Assembly: GCA_017410065.1 (NCBI GenBank) | Contig: JAFQRL010000047.1 | Location: 3,921-67,920, forward strand | DNA: 64,000 nucleotides | Source of the DNA: Clostridia bacterium | GTDB taxonomy: Bacteria; Bacillota; Clostridia; Oscillospirales; CAG-272 | Direction of reading: 5' to 3' | Shown here: one piece after another, positions 27,713 through 39,247 of the stretch | Layout of the letters: each line of letters opens with the position of its first letter | Numbering within the stretch: the first letter of the stretch is position 1 | Position numbers and translations under genes: made by a program | Notes under the pieces: generated by a model | Told to the model about the DNA's origin: nothing | What the model saw: the letters and a program-made list of their open reading frames with translations, nothing else | Database searches by the model: none

Positions 27713-28570
27713 TCACGGAGCACCTCCTACGCCGTCCAGACCGCAAAGTGCCGTGCCGATGACCGTGGCAAATCTGGAATGCTCGGGAATTATGAAGCGA
27801 ACGCCGTAGCCCATTCCGTTCAGCTCCTCGAATTTGCGGCGGCAAAGCTCAAGCTGGGTGACGTTACCCGTGAGAACTATATCTCTGACGCCCACCGACC
27901 TTGCGGCGAACAGAGAGACCATAGCCACCGTTTCAAAGACCATATTTAATATTCCGAGGGATATATCGCTTTTGCTCGCCATCTCGGAAACGTTGCCGAA
28001 GTTTGAGGCGGTGAGATCTCTCGAAAGAGCCTCAAGCGCATCGGGCGAGGTGATATCCTTGATGCGCAGATCCACGTTTTCAAGGTTGCCGCCCTCGGCA
28101 AATTCGGCAATGTGCTCGATGTTCTCTGCTCCCACAAGCAGCTTTGCAAGCCCGACAAGACTGCCTCCGCCAACGCCTGTGCCGCCGAGGTATCTCATCT
28201 TGTCTCCGCGCCTTGCGTGGACGAGTGCTGTGCCTGTGCCCATACTGACCACAAGTGCTTCGTCGAGCCCCGAGAGATAAAGACCTCCCTTGCCGATGCC
28301 GTCGAACTCCTTGATCCTCTCGGATGCGAGTCCGTAAAGATTCTTTTTGATGTAGGAGGAGCCAACGCCCGTCATCATCACCTTGGTGATATCCGAGATA
28401 TCAAGCTCGTTTTCGTCGGTGAACTTACCGAACGCTCCGTAGGTTGCCGTGATGGGGTCGTTTGCTCTGACGTGTTGAGGTGCTATGATCGTCCTCTTGC
28501 CGAGCTCCTCCTTAACGCCAACTATCTTCGTGGTGCTTCCGCCCACGTCTATACCGATTATAAGGCTCAT
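27713..28570 (-). CDS. coaW: type II pantothenate kinase (CoaW)
   Basis: IIGIDVGGSTTKIVG, VSMGTGTALV, YLGGTGVGGGSLVGLAKLL, DLTASNFG and FATVIGTAL align block by block with the staphylococcal CoaW pattern. Confidence 0.8.
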   Translation of the reverse strand: MSLIIGIDVGGSTTKIVGVKEELGKRTIIAPQHVRANDPITATYGAFGKFTDENELDISDITKVMMTGVGSSYIKKNLYGLASERIKEFDGIGKGGLYLSGLDEALVVSMGTGTALVHARRGDKMRYLGGTGVGGGSLVGLAKLLVGAENIEHIAEFAEGGNLENVDLRIKDITSPDALEALSRDLTASNFGNVSEMASKSDISLGILNMVFETVAMVSLFAARSVGVRDIVLTGNVTQLELCRRKFEELNGMGYGVRFIIPEHSRFATVIGTALCGLDGVGGAP

Positions 28571-30189
28571 CTTCCCTCTCCTCTCTGCTCCCTTGCTCGG
28601 GACACTAACGTGTCGAAGGAAAGACCGTATTTATATGCAATATCTCTTGCGTATGATTTTCCGTCGGGCTTTGCCCTGTGTATCTTGAAGGAGCGACGTC
28701 CCTCCTCTATTCCCGCAACGAGAGTATCTATCATCACTCCGCCCTCCTTTGCCGAGCGTTCGTTTATCTCGGGAACTGCCGCGGCAAGCTCGTGAAGGTG
28801 AGTTGAGAAGATGCCTCTGCATCTGACGGTGGCAAACGCGGTGAGTATCTCCGAGGCAATATACGAAGCCTCGTATGCTCCCGTAGAGGAGAGCGACTCA
28901 TCAAGAAGTATCAGGCTGTTGCCCGTTACCGCGTCGAATATCTCCTTAAGCCTCTGACATTCCTCGCCGAGCCTTCCCTTGTCTATCGTGTCGTCAGCAC
29001 CCTCGGGGAAGTGGGTGAATATTCCGTCCGCGGGAGAGATGACCGCCTCGCTTGCGGGGACGGGCAAGCCAAGCTGGCACATTGCCTGCGCGGCACCCAT
29101 CGCAACCGTGATGACCGACTTGCCTCCTCGGTTAGGACCTGTGAGCACGTATATGCCCGCGCGCTCGTCCAGCACAAGGTCGTTTACGACTATCTCATCA
29201 TCTATTGCGAGAGCAACTCTCGGATTATAAAGCTCCCTTGCCGAAAATCTTCCCTCTCCCATAGGAGCAAGGCTCGGTGTGACCACCCTGCATCCCGGGT
29301 GCGACCTAAGCTTTGCTATAAGCTCTGCCGCCTTCGTGACGAATTCGATCTCGGGGAGAAGCTTGAGAAGGAAGTCGGTGTTTTCTATAACATACTCTCC
29401 AACGATATTGCGCCAGCCTCTCACCGAGGAATGGAACACCTCCTCGATAGCGGTGTTGAAGGCTCCGATAAGTGCCTCCTGGCGGTTTTCGCTCTGACCC
29501 TTACCGAAGGGAGCAAGCTCCGCTATACAGGTGAAGGCGTCGTTTTTAAAGGAGAAGCGAAGTATTTTATCAAGAAGCTTGCCCGATTTGAATTGCTCGG
29601 AGTTCACCGAAATAACTCCCGCAGAAACGGGGCGAAGCTCTCTGTCAAGGTTTACGCCGACGGTGATGCTCCTCACCTCGTGGACTCTCGCCGCAAGGGC
29701 GGAGAGCTTTTTATTCAGCTCGGAATAATATTCCGAATCCACAAGCTCCACGGTGAAGTCCGCAAGATTTTTGAAGGCAGGGCTCACAAGCCTCTCCCTC
29801 ACCGAGCGAAGACCCGCCGCCAGAGCATCAAGGCAGGAGACGTAAAGCTCTATCTCGGTTATGCTGTATAGATAAGATTCGCCCGCGTTGCTTTCCCTGT
29901 CAAGGCGGCGAAGCTCAACGATGTCGTCCAGTATCGGGTGGACCTTTGCGAGGGTCGCGGCAAGCTCGGGAACCTCTTCCATATCCTTAAGCGTTCCCTG
30001 GCGGTATTTTATCACCGCCTCGTCCATAGTGAAGAAGTCGGAAAGCCTGCCCGCCTTAAGGTCGAATATCTCGCAGAGGCCAAGCTCCTCGCAGACCTGC
30101 TCGGATATATCGGGGCGAAGCGCTCCCGAGACGTGGGCGTTATATGATTCCTTGCTCGGATAGAGCAAGCTTATAAATTTATCTTCCAT
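28567..30189 (-). CDS. MutS-family ATPase lacking mismatch-binding and Smr domains (MutS domain V protein)
   Basis: The track ORF extends to 30291. The ATG at 30189 gives MEDKFISLLYP. Walker A is LTGPNRGGKSV, Walker B is ILLDESLSST, and FSTHLHEL is present. There is a 4-nt overlap with coaW. Confidence 0.8.
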   Translation of the reverse strand: MEDKFISLLYPSKESYNAHVSGALRPDISEQVCEELGLCEIFDLKAGRLSDFFTMDEAVIKYRQGTLKDMEEVPELAATLAKVHPILDDIVELRRLDRESNAGESYLYSITEIELYVSCLDALAAGLRSVRERLVSPAFKNLADFTVELVDSEYYSELNKKLSALAARVHEVRSITVGVNLDRELRPVSAGVISVNSEQFKSGKLLDKILRFSFKNDAFTCIAELAPFGKGQSENRQEALIGAFNTAIEEVFHSSVRGWRNIVGEYVIENTDFLLKLLPEIEFVTKAAELIAKLRSHPGCRVVTPSLAPMGEGRFSARELYNPRVALAIDDEIVVNDLVLDERAGIYVLTGPNRGGKSVITVAMGAAQAMCQLGLPVPASEAVISPADGIFTHFPEGADDTIDKGRLGEECQRLKEIFDAVTGNSLILLDESLSSTGAYEASYIASEILTAFATVRCRGIFSTHLHELAAAVPEINERSAKEGGVMIDTLVAGIEEGRRSFKIHRAKPDGKSYARDIAYKYGLSFDTLVSRAREQRGEGR

Positions 30190-30552
30190 TGTGCACTCTC
30201 CTTCCTCGGCAACCGAAAAGCTTCGTCGAAGCCGAATTCGCGGCACCGCGCCGCGCCTCTCTCGCACGCGCGAGAAAACACGCGCAGACACGAAAATATA
30301 ATAATATACTTAATTATAACATAAAGGTGTCCCACTTTCAAGAGGCTTTGGAAGATTTTTTCCGCACTTAACAGTTTTTTTACAGTAAAAATAAAAAATC
30401 CGCCACGAAGAATAACAAATTCCCCGCTATCTCTTGCATTGGCGGCACTTTTATGCTAGAATATGCGTATACTGTATCCGATGCCGACCGCTTTTATCTG
30501 CGAGGCTCGGCGTATACCGTATCAGAAACCAACCGAACGAAAGGAAAAACCA

Positions 30553-31173
30553 ATGAAAGTTCTTTTGATAAACGGAAGCCCTCATAAGGCAGGCACCACC
30601 TTCACCGCCCTCAGCGAGGCAAAGGCGCAGCTGGAGGCAGAGGGGATCGAGACCGAGCTTATACAGGTCGGCTCAAAGAATATCCGCGGCTGCGCGGGCT
30701 GCCTTTCCTGCAAGAGTACGGGCAGGTGCGCCATAGACGACGGCGTAAACGAGATCGCCGCAAAGCTCGACGAAGCAGACGGCATCATAGTCGGCTCTCC
30801 CGTATACTACGCATCCCCAAACGGCACTCTTATCTCCTTCCTTGACAGAATGTTTTACAGCTCCAAGTCGGATAAGACTATGAAGGTCGGCGCGGCGGTG
30901 GTCTGCGCAAGGCGCGGCGGCTGCACGGCATCCTTCGACGTTCTCAATAAATACTTCTCCATCTCGGGTATGCCCATCGCCACCTCCAGCTATTGGAATC
31001 AGGTCCACGGCGCGGTAGCAGAGGATGCTCTCCTGGATCTTGAGGGTATGCAGACGATGCGCAATCTTGCAAGGAATATGGCGTTCCTTATCAAGTCTAT
31101 TGCCCTCGGCAAGGCAGAGCTCGGCTTGCCCTCCCCCGAGCGCGGCGCGAGAACGAATTTCATTAAGAAATAA
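30553..31173 (+). CDS. iron-sulfur flavoprotein (Isf)-like NADPH-dependent FMN reductase family protein
   Basis: The ATG at 30553 gives MKVLLINGSPHKAGTT. A compact CX2CX2CX5C motif (CAGCLSCKSTGRC) is present, along with GSPVYY. Confidence 0.75.
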   Translation: MKVLLINGSPHKAGTTFTALSEAKAQLEAEGIETELIQVGSKNIRGCAGCLSCKSTGRCAIDDGVNEIAAKLDEADGIIVGSPVYYASPNGTLISFLDRMFYSSKSDKTMKVGAAVVCARRGGCTASFDVLNKYFSISGMPIATSSYWNQVHGAVAEDALLDLEGMQTMRNLARNMAFLIKSIALGKAELGLPSPERGARTNFIKK

Positions 31174-31508
31174 GTCTTGCCGCCCTGTGCCTTGCGGTGC
31201 TTGATGTGTGTAAATATTTGTTTACATAGCATTTTTTGAACGGCGTTTTTTATTCGGCATAAAGCAGGCAAAAATGCGCGAAAAACTCGACATCACCCCC
31301 CTCTTTTCGATTTTTTTGGAAATTTCCGCAAAAAGTAGAGGCGAATAGATCAAAACGAATTTCGGTCGGGCGAGCGATTGCAAAATCGGGCTTTATTATA
31401 CCCGACGTACAAAACGGACCTCGGAGCTTTTCCTTATGGAAATTGCCCAAGGCCCGTTTCTTTTTTATTCTTTTTTATGGATCGACCGTCCCTTTTTTCA
31501 AGGCTTTA

Positions 31509-32351
31509 TCACTTCGATGCGGAGAGCACCGTCTCCTTCTCCGCTACCGCCGCGCCCTTGCGTGAAAAGCGACTGTGGAGCTTTGCGATACCGATGCTTA
31601 AATAGGTGAAAATAACGGTGAGACCAAGGTATCCCGCGACGGCGATAAACGTCCAGAATATACGGTGAGGAAGTCTGTCGGCAATAAAGCTGAATATGGT
31701 GAGAGCCGACTGATCGTAGGTATACATATAGTCGCACTCAAAGATGCAATTGAAGATGAACACGGGAACGGCTATCACGCAGAACACGGCAAAGCCGAGA
31801 AGAAAGTCCTTTTTCTCGGGCTTATAGTAGCCCGTGATGAGCATAGTGGTGGAGGTGAGAAGTATCATCATATGATAGATCTGTATCTGCGATCCGTAAT
31901 AGGATGTGAAGGAATAGCAGCCCATCATTGCGACGCAAAGGAACATTCCCATCATACCTCCCCAAAGGAGTATGGTGCATTGGTAGTTGCAAAAGGCCCT
32001 TTTGATGCGCTCGTTCTTGATGAATATCGCAAGAGGAGCAACGTACCAATACGAGGAGCAGGTGTGAAGCGGCAGTCCCGCAAACATACTGAATTCCTGC
32101 TCGGGCAGGATCGCCGTGTAGGTCCAGCTTATTATCCATTTGGTGATATCGTAGAAAAGAGCAAACGCCCATATTCCTATAAGGAATTTCTCAACCGTCC
32201 TTCTCTTGCATTTTCTGAGAAGAAGCGGCACGGCAATAACGCACGCAACCGCAAAAGCAAAGAAAATAAGATACTCGTAGTGATATAAATATGAGTCAAG
32301 ATCGCGATTCTGCCAGTCTCTACCCTCGAAGAATTCTTGGTATTTCAGCAT
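31509..32351 (-). CDS. YwaF/TMEM164-like integral membrane protein
   Basis: The ATG at 32351 follows a GGAG RBS. The protein has multiple TM segments and the family-typical GLPLHTCSS motif. Confidence 0.6.
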   Translation of the reverse strand: MLKYQEFFEGRDWQNRDLDSYLYHYEYLIFFAFAVACVIAVPLLLRKCKRRTVEKFLIGIWAFALFYDITKWIISWTYTAILPEQEFSMFAGLPLHTCSSYWYVAPLAIFIKNERIKRAFCNYQCTILLWGGMMGMFLCVAMMGCYSFTSYYGSQIQIYHMMILLTSTTMLITGYYKPEKKDFLLGFAVFCVIAVPVFIFNCIFECDYMYTYDQSALTIFSFIADRLPHRIFWTFIAVAGYLGLTVIFTYLSIGIAKLHSRFSRKGAAVAEKETVLSASK

Positions 32352-32787
32352 AGCTTTCTCCAATCAATTTACTTTATATTTACGTCTTACCCTTCTAATG
32401 ATACCACCTTTGTCGTTTTATGTCAATTGTTAGCATATACAGTTAATAATAGTTTATATATAAGAGTATTTGCGGGGTCGCCTTTCACCTATCTTTCCAT
32501 CTGAAGGTGCCCCGCATTTTTCTTCATTATATTATATTACGCGCGCGAGCCGATAATTGGTGCAGAGCAACGCCCATTATCGTGTGCCGCCTCGCTGTCT
32601 CGTCTGCCGCTTGAGGTCACAGAGGGGCAGGCTTTCAAGCGGCGCAATGCGCGCCTCGTTTAAATCAATTTGCACCGCAAGCGTTTGCTTTTCAATATTA
32701 TCTGCAAGAAATACAGAAAATGCAAACTATTATTTTCATTTTCTCTGTTTTAGACAAAAAGTGATAACCTAATGTTCTCCGCTGATA

Positions 32788-32817
32788 TTGACAAAAGCAC
32801 CCTACGGATGCTATAAT
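32788..32817 (+). promoter_or_regulatory. promoter of the trehalase gene (TTGACA-18-TGcTATAAT)
   Basis: TTGACA lies at 32788-32793 and the extended -10 TGCTATAAT at 32809-32817. Confidence 0.6.
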
Positions 32818-32840
32818 AATACAAAAAACGGAGGGCTATT

Positions 32841-34136
32841 ATGAAGCAGCTTATAGATTTTATACACAACAATTGGGACGGCACCTTAAGATATAACCCT
32901 CCAAAGGACGGCAAAAGGTTTGAGATGTATCAGGCGGGGTTTGATAGGCGTAATTGCACTCTCCCCGACGAAGACACCCTCATTCCCCTGCCGAAGCCAT
33001 ACACCGTGCCCAGCATAAGCGACGTTTTCAACGAGCTTTATTATTGGGACACCTATTTCACAAACCTCGGGCTTATCCGCTCGGGCAAGGTGGAATACGC
33101 CCGCGACAACGTGGAGAATATAGCTTATCTTATAAACACCTACGGCTATATGCCAAACGGCAACCGCACCTATTATCTCACGCGTAGCCAGCCACCCTTC
33201 TTTTCTCATATGGTCCTTGACGTCTATTCCGCCACGGGCGACAAGGCTTGGCTTGCCGAGATGTTCTCCGCCGCAAAGCGCGAATACACCTTCTGGCAGG
33301 AAAAGCGAATGACAGAAAGCGGGCTCAACCGCTACTACCACAACTTCGATAACAGCGACAGAGCCGCCCTTGAAAGCTCTGCATCTATATGGGCAAGGAG
33401 AGTAAATCTCGATCCTCCGAAAAGCGACGAGGAGCTTCTCTCTTATGCCGAGAATGTAAGGGTCGTTTGCGAGAGCGGCTGGGATTGCAATTCAAGATTC
33501 GGCACTCGCACCTTTGAATATAACTGGGTGGATCTCAATTGTCTGCTTTACGGAATGGAGAGCAATATGGCGCATCTCTCCCGAGAGCTCGGTAACGGCG
33601 AGGAGGAGCTTTGGCTCTCTCGCGCAGAGTCGCGCCGCGCACTTATGAACGAGCTTTGCTTCAACAAGGAGCTTGGAGCATTCTGCGACTACGATTTCGT
33701 GAATAAGAGGCAAAGCGACTTCTTCTCCTGCGCATCCTTCTATGCCCTTTGGGTGGGTCTTTGCACCCCCGAGCAGGCAGAGAGCACGGTAAAGCTTCTC
33801 CCAAGGCTTGAGGAGGAATTCGGCGTTGCCTGCTGTGAGAGAAGACCTGACTCAATGGGGCTTCAATGGGATCATCCCCACGGCTGGGCTTGCCTCCAAT
33901 ATATCGTGATAGAGGGTCTTCGCCGCTACGGATATGAGTCCGACGCCATAAGAATTGCCGAAAAGTATGCCGCCACCGTTGAGCGCAACTTTCTTGAAAC
34001 AGGCAATATCTGGGAGCATTACGACACAGTCTCGGGCAGGGTCTCCGTCACCAAGGAAAAATCCTATCAGATAACTATGATGGGCTGGAGCGCGGGTGTT
34101 TATCTCCACGCGGCAGATCTGCTCGGCAAGCTTTAA
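32841..34136 (+). CDS. GH37-family trehalase (cytoplasmic; no signal peptide)
   Basis: FNELYYWDTYF, RSQPPFF and QWDHPHGWACLQ match the trehalase signature blocks. The protein is 431 aa. Confidence 0.8.
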   Translation: MKQLIDFIHNNWDGTLRYNPPKDGKRFEMYQAGFDRRNCTLPDEDTLIPLPKPYTVPSISDVFNELYYWDTYFTNLGLIRSGKVEYARDNVENIAYLINTYGYMPNGNRTYYLTRSQPPFFSHMVLDVYSATGDKAWLAEMFSAAKREYTFWQEKRMTESGLNRYYHNFDNSDRAALESSASIWARRVNLDPPKSDEELLSYAENVRVVCESGWDCNSRFGTRTFEYNWVDLNCLLYGMESNMAHLSRELGNGEEELWLSRAESRRALMNELCFNKELGAFCDYDFVNKRQSDFFSCASFYALWVGLCTPEQAESTVKLLPRLEEEFGVACCERRPDSMGLQWDHPHGWACLQYIVIEGLRRYGYESDAIRIAEKYAATVERNFLETGNIWEHYDTVSGRVSVTKEKSYQITMMGWSAGVYLHAADLLGKL

Positions 34137-34268
34137 TAAGGCACCCCTCGAAGTAGTGCCGAGGGCTGATCTTGCTTTTCTTTCCAATCAAATCAGAATA
34201 CCTTACATTAAAAATTCCCCTGCGAGAGGGTCGGTGCAGCAAGCCGATCGGGGTCGCAGGGGAGTTGT

Positions 34269-35456
34269 TTATTTTTTCTCCTTTTTCTCGTGATGGAAAA
34301 GGCTTGCAAGAGCCGTTCTGTGAACCTTCATCGCGCTCTTGGGGCAAAATTCCTGGCAGCAGAAGCATCTGATGCAGGTCTTTTTATTTATCCTTGCCTT
34401 TCCGTTTTTTATAACTATCGCCTTTGCGGGGCAGATGTTCTTGCAAATGCCGCAGCCAACGCAAAGATCGGCTTTAAGGCGGGGGCGTGTACGCAAAATC
34501 GCGCCCGCTATCCTTCCAAAGAGCCTCTTTATGCCCGACTTTCCGTTGCCTGTAAATTCAAGCGAACGCCGCTCGACCACCCTCTCAAAGTCCTTCACGC
34601 GAAGGGGATCGAGGCTACCGATAAGGTTAAGCTCGGAGAAGCTCTCGGGAGCGAGCCCTCTCCTGTATGCCGCGTCAAGAATAGGAAGCTCCTCCCTGGT
34701 GAAGCCGAGAAGCTCCGCGGCGGCGGTGTCAAGGCAATGAGGTGAGCGGGAGGCAAGAATACAGTTCATAGCCTTGGGTGTGCCCGCGGTAGGTCCGTTG
34801 CCCTCCATTCCAACCACCGCATCGGCTATGGAAAGGGTCGGGTGGAAATATTCGTCAAGATCAACTATCATATCCGCAAAGTCCTCGTATTTCGGGAAGC
34901 GGTAATGATATTCGGGCTTGATTATACCGGGGATCACGCCAAACATATTTTTTGCCGCGCAGGACATACCCATCATTCCGTGGCTTTTCAGCTTGCAGAA
35001 ATTAATTATGTGATCGGCTTTATCAAGATAGCTTGTGTATGTGAAGCTGTGAAGCACCTTGCCCTCGGGAAATTCTGCGGTGCTTTGGGAATAGTCGGAA
35101 TTAAGAGTCGCTCCGTGAGCCTCCGCCTCGTGCATACCCGTTACGTTATACACCCTTCCAACAAACGCCGCGTTATAAAGTCCTCCTGGGCTATCTCCTA
35201 TAACCACCGAGCACTCCCTCTCCGCCAGCATATCGCAAAGAGCGCATATCAGAGTCGGGTGAGTGGTTGCCGCCTCGTCGGGCTTCATTGCCGAAACGAG
35301 ATTTGCCTTGATAACCACACGCGACCCCCTCGGGATACATTCAAGACCGCCGATCGGTGCAAGCACCGCCTCCAGCGCGGCTCTGGCACCATCAATGGTG
35401 TATTCTCCCATCGGATAAATCGACACGGGGTCGCTCTTTGAATAAAATCCGCCCAT
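34269..35456 (-). CDS. DUF362-domain protein with C-terminal 2x[4Fe-4S] ferredoxin domain
   Basis: CVGCGICKNICP and CIRCFCCQEFCP are present. The DUF362-like core reads VVIKANL...DSPGG...KLKSHGMMGMS. Confidence 0.75.
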   Translation of the reverse strand: MGGFYSKSDPVSIYPMGEYTIDGARAALEAVLAPIGGLECIPRGSRVVIKANLVSAMKPDEAATTHPTLICALCDMLAERECSVVIGDSPGGLYNAAFVGRVYNVTGMHEAEAHGATLNSDYSQSTAEFPEGKVLHSFTYTSYLDKADHIINFCKLKSHGMMGMSCAAKNMFGVIPGIIKPEYHYRFPKYEDFADMIVDLDEYFHPTLSIADAVVGMEGNGPTAGTPKAMNCILASRSPHCLDTAAAELLGFTREELPILDAAYRRGLAPESFSELNLIGSLDPLRVKDFERVVERRSLEFTGNGKSGIKRLFGRIAGAILRTRPRLKADLCVGCGICKNICPAKAIVIKNGKARINKKTCIRCFCCQEFCPKSAMKVHRTALASLFHHEKKEKK

Positions 35457-35683
35457 TTTATATCCTTTCGTCGGCTGGGAAACCTCCCCGCCGTTTTTTC
35501 TTTTTCAAGCCCTCGCCAAGTGCCGCACGCCTCCATCACGCGCGCACCCACCGCAAAGCAAAAATATACTGTAACTATTATACAACCGAATCCCCCGCTT
35601 GTCAAGCACTGCGAAAATATATACGCAGAGCCAAGTGAAAAAGTGAAAATTCTTCAAAAAGCAAAAATTCTTCAAAAAACCTA

Positions 35684-35712
35684 TTGACTTTTGTTTTTTC
35701 TTGTGGTATAAT
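35684..35712 (+). promoter_or_regulatory. promoter of the tRNA-Met/tRNA-Glu operon (TTGACT-17-TGgTATAAT)
   Basis: TTGACT lies at 35684-35689 and TATAAT at 35707-35712, with a TG at -15/-14. Confidence 0.7.
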
Positions 35713-35729
35713 ACCATAGCGAGCAAAAT

Positions 35730-35806
35730 GGCGGATTAGCTCAGTTGGCTAGAGCGTCCGGTTCATACCCGGCAGGTCGTTGGTTCAAATCCGACATCCG
35801 CTACCA
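35730..35806 (+). tRNA. tRNA-Met (CAT), elongator type
   Basis: The cloverleaf is GGCGGAT/ATCCGCT acceptor, GCTCAGTTGGCTAGAGC D-arm, anticodon CAT at 35764-35766, GGTTCAAATCC T-arm and an encoded CCA. It closely resembles the Bacillus elongator tRNA-Met. Confidence 0.9.
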
Positions 35807-35842
35807 TAGTGTGTCGAGGGTATCCCCCTCGACATATTGCTC

Positions 35843-35917
35843 GGCCCGTTGGTCAAGCGGCTAAGACACGGCCCTTTCACGGCTGTAACATGGGTTCGAT
35901 TCCCGTACGGGTCACCA
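35843..35917 (+). tRNA. tRNA-Glu (TTC)
   Basis: GGCCCGTTGGTCAAGCGG...CCCTTTCACGG (anticodon 35876-35878)...ATGGGTTCGATTCCCGTACGGGTCACCA is almost identical in pattern to Bacillus tRNA-Glu. Confidence 0.95.
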
Positions 35918-35956
35918 AAACAAAAGGACACTCCTTAGAGCTGTTCTCTAAAGGAC
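35915..35956. other. attL of the integrative mobilizable element
   Basis: The outer arm CCAAAACAAAAGGACACTC (35915-35933) is a perfect 19-bp inverted copy of 52745-52763. The inner arm GTTCTCTAAAGGAC (35943-35956) is a 12/14 inverted copy of 52721-52734. The centre contains GAGC, which is shared with attR. Confidence 0.7.
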
Positions 35957-35962
35957 AGTTTT

Positions 35963-36011
35963 GCAAGAATACGGTATATCTCGAAAGAGGTATGCCGTAT
36001 TCTTGCTTTTT
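35963..36011 (+). terminator. element-borne strong hairpin + T-run just inside attL
   Basis: A perfect 12-bp stem GCAAGAATACGG/CCGTATTCTTGC is followed by TTTTT at 36007-36011. The T-run is present only on the plus strand, which is the tRNA read-through direction. Confidence 0.65.
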
Positions 36012-36016
36012 AGTCC

Positions 36017-37729
<1,713 letters not shown>

Positions 37730-37765
37730 TTATTATACAATGCCCGGCGCATCCTTGCAATTCTG

Positions 37766-38062
37766 TCACATTAGGTCGTCGGTCAGCTTTTGAGCGAGTA
37801 TCAGATCACGAAACTGCGAAAGCAAAGTGCTTTTGCCTTCCTTGGCAAAATGGGTATTCACCTCATAATCAACGGTTCCGATACGCTTTGTGAAATTGAG
37901 TGCCGTAGGATAAGGGATGACGCGCAAATCACGCCTATCGGTTGTATAAGGTCTTGGGTGCGGAATGTGGTCATCCAAAATGATCGGCTCATCAATATTG
38001 ATTGGCTCACGGATGATAACGCCGCGAATGTCGGGCATTTCTATTTTCTTTATCATAGGCAC
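37766..38062 (-). CDS. hypothetical protein (98 aa)
   Basis: The ORF is packed between the parB-like and recombinase genes. No motif is recognised. Confidence 0.5.
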   Translation of the reverse strand: MPMIKKIEMPDIRGVIIREPINIDEPIILDDHIPHPRPYTTDRRDLRVIPYPTALNFTKRIGTVDYEVNTHFAKEGKSTLLSQFRDLILAQKLTDDLM

Positions 38063-38069
38063 TCTCCTT

Positions 38070-38957
38070 TCATCTGTCCTCGCGCTCGCTGCGCTTCTTT
38101 ATCTGACGGATACGCTCTTGTTCCAATAAGTTCAAAATGGTGGCTTCTATCTTTGCCACGGGAACACCACGCCCGAAATACTTATCGAGCTTTTCTCTCT
38201 GTATCTTGACTGTTTCCTTTTGGTTCGGCTTTTCCTCGGTCATAATATCGAAGATGGTGTCCATATCCAATTTGCCATCTTGGCTGAGCCGCTTCATACG
38301 GATTGCTTGGCTAAGCGAAGGGGTGGCATCCTCGCTCTCAATGGTTGTGAGTAGGTCGTACTGCTCTTGCTCCTGCAAATGCGAAAGCTCTACGGCAGGG
38401 CGGAAGGCAATGCGCCCCTCGTCCACCATATCAAGCAGTTCGGGGATAAGGAGATTTAAGCGGATATAACGGAACACTTGGTCACGGCTCTCGCCCGCCG
38501 CACTTCCAATCTCTGCTGCGCTGTCGATTGCCGACTTTGTTGCCATTGGCGACAAAGTAAGATCGGTGCGCTCTCCTTGTCTTTTCATCGCGTCCATTTT
38601 CATCTTGTAAGCCTTCGCTTTCTCGCTCGGTAGGATATGCTCTCGGTGAAGGTTGGAGTCCACCATTTCAAGAATAGCATCCTCGCGGCTGAGCTCTTTG
38701 ACGATGGCGGGGATTACTTTGATGCCGAGCTTCTGACACGCGAACAAGCGGCGGTGTCCCGATACGATTTCATATTCGCCATTGGATAGCGGGCGCACGG
38801 TGATGGGTGTGAGTATGCCTTGATTGTAGATGCTATCCACAAGGCTCGCCATTTCCTCATTGTCAACTACCTTGTAGGGATGCTCCTCGAAGGAGCGAAG
38901 CGCGGTAACGGGTAAATCAATTACTGTAATTTTCTCTCTGCTCTTGGTTTCGCTCAT
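38070..38957 (-). CDS. ParB/Spo0J-like nuclease-domain protein
   Basis: The ParB N-terminal box reads ILTPITVRPLSNGEYEIVSGHRRLFACQKLG. The protein is 295 aa. Confidence 0.85.
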   Translation of the reverse strand: MSETKSREKITVIDLPVTALRSFEEHPYKVVDNEEMASLVDSIYNQGILTPITVRPLSNGEYEIVSGHRRLFACQKLGIKVIPAIVKELSREDAILEMVDSNLHREHILPSEKAKAYKMKMDAMKRQGERTDLTLSPMATKSAIDSAAEIGSAAGESRDQVFRYIRLNLLIPELLDMVDEGRIAFRPAVELSHLQEQEQYDLLTTIESEDATPSLSQAIRMKRLSQDGKLDMDTIFDIMTEEKPNQKETVKIQREKLDKYFGRGVPVAKIEATILNLLEQERIRQIKKRSEREDR

Positions 38958-39247
38958 CCATTGTCCTCCTTATTGTTGATCTCGTTCATCTTGGCTCTTG
39001 CCAAAGCCTTACGTTCCTCGGTGTACGGCTCTGTGATGCGGTAGGCAAACCTTTTCTTATCAATCTCAAAGGAAAGGCATCCAAGCTCGTCATCATCGGT
39101 CAGCCGACAAAGCGTGGGAAACTTCTCGGCAAAGGCAAGCAGCCGCTTCTTCAAAGCTGTGTTGTGCGTCCGTATTACGACGTGCACGGGTGTTTCATCA
39201 AAATAGATTTCGGTTGTCTTTTCGTTCTTTTTCTTATTTGTAATCAT
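38954..39247 (-). CDS. hypothetical protein (97 aa)
   Basis: The ORF has a 4-nt overlap with the parB-like gene and an AGGAGGAC RBS upstream of the ATG at 39247. Confidence 0.55.
   Translation of the reverse strand: MITNKKKNEKTTEIYFDETPVHVVIRTHNTALKKRLLAFAEKFPTLCRLTDDDELGCLSFEIDKKRFAYRITEPYTEERKALARAKMNEINNKEDNG

Noticed and set aside
35730-35806. The CAT-anticodon tRNA as initiator tRNA-fMet or tRNA-Ile2 (lysidine)
   Set aside because: The anticodon stem lacks the three consecutive G-C pairs of initiators. The overall sequence closely follows the Bacillus elongator tRNA-Met rather than tRNA-Ile2. The elongator call is kept, though Ile2 cannot be fully excluded by eye.
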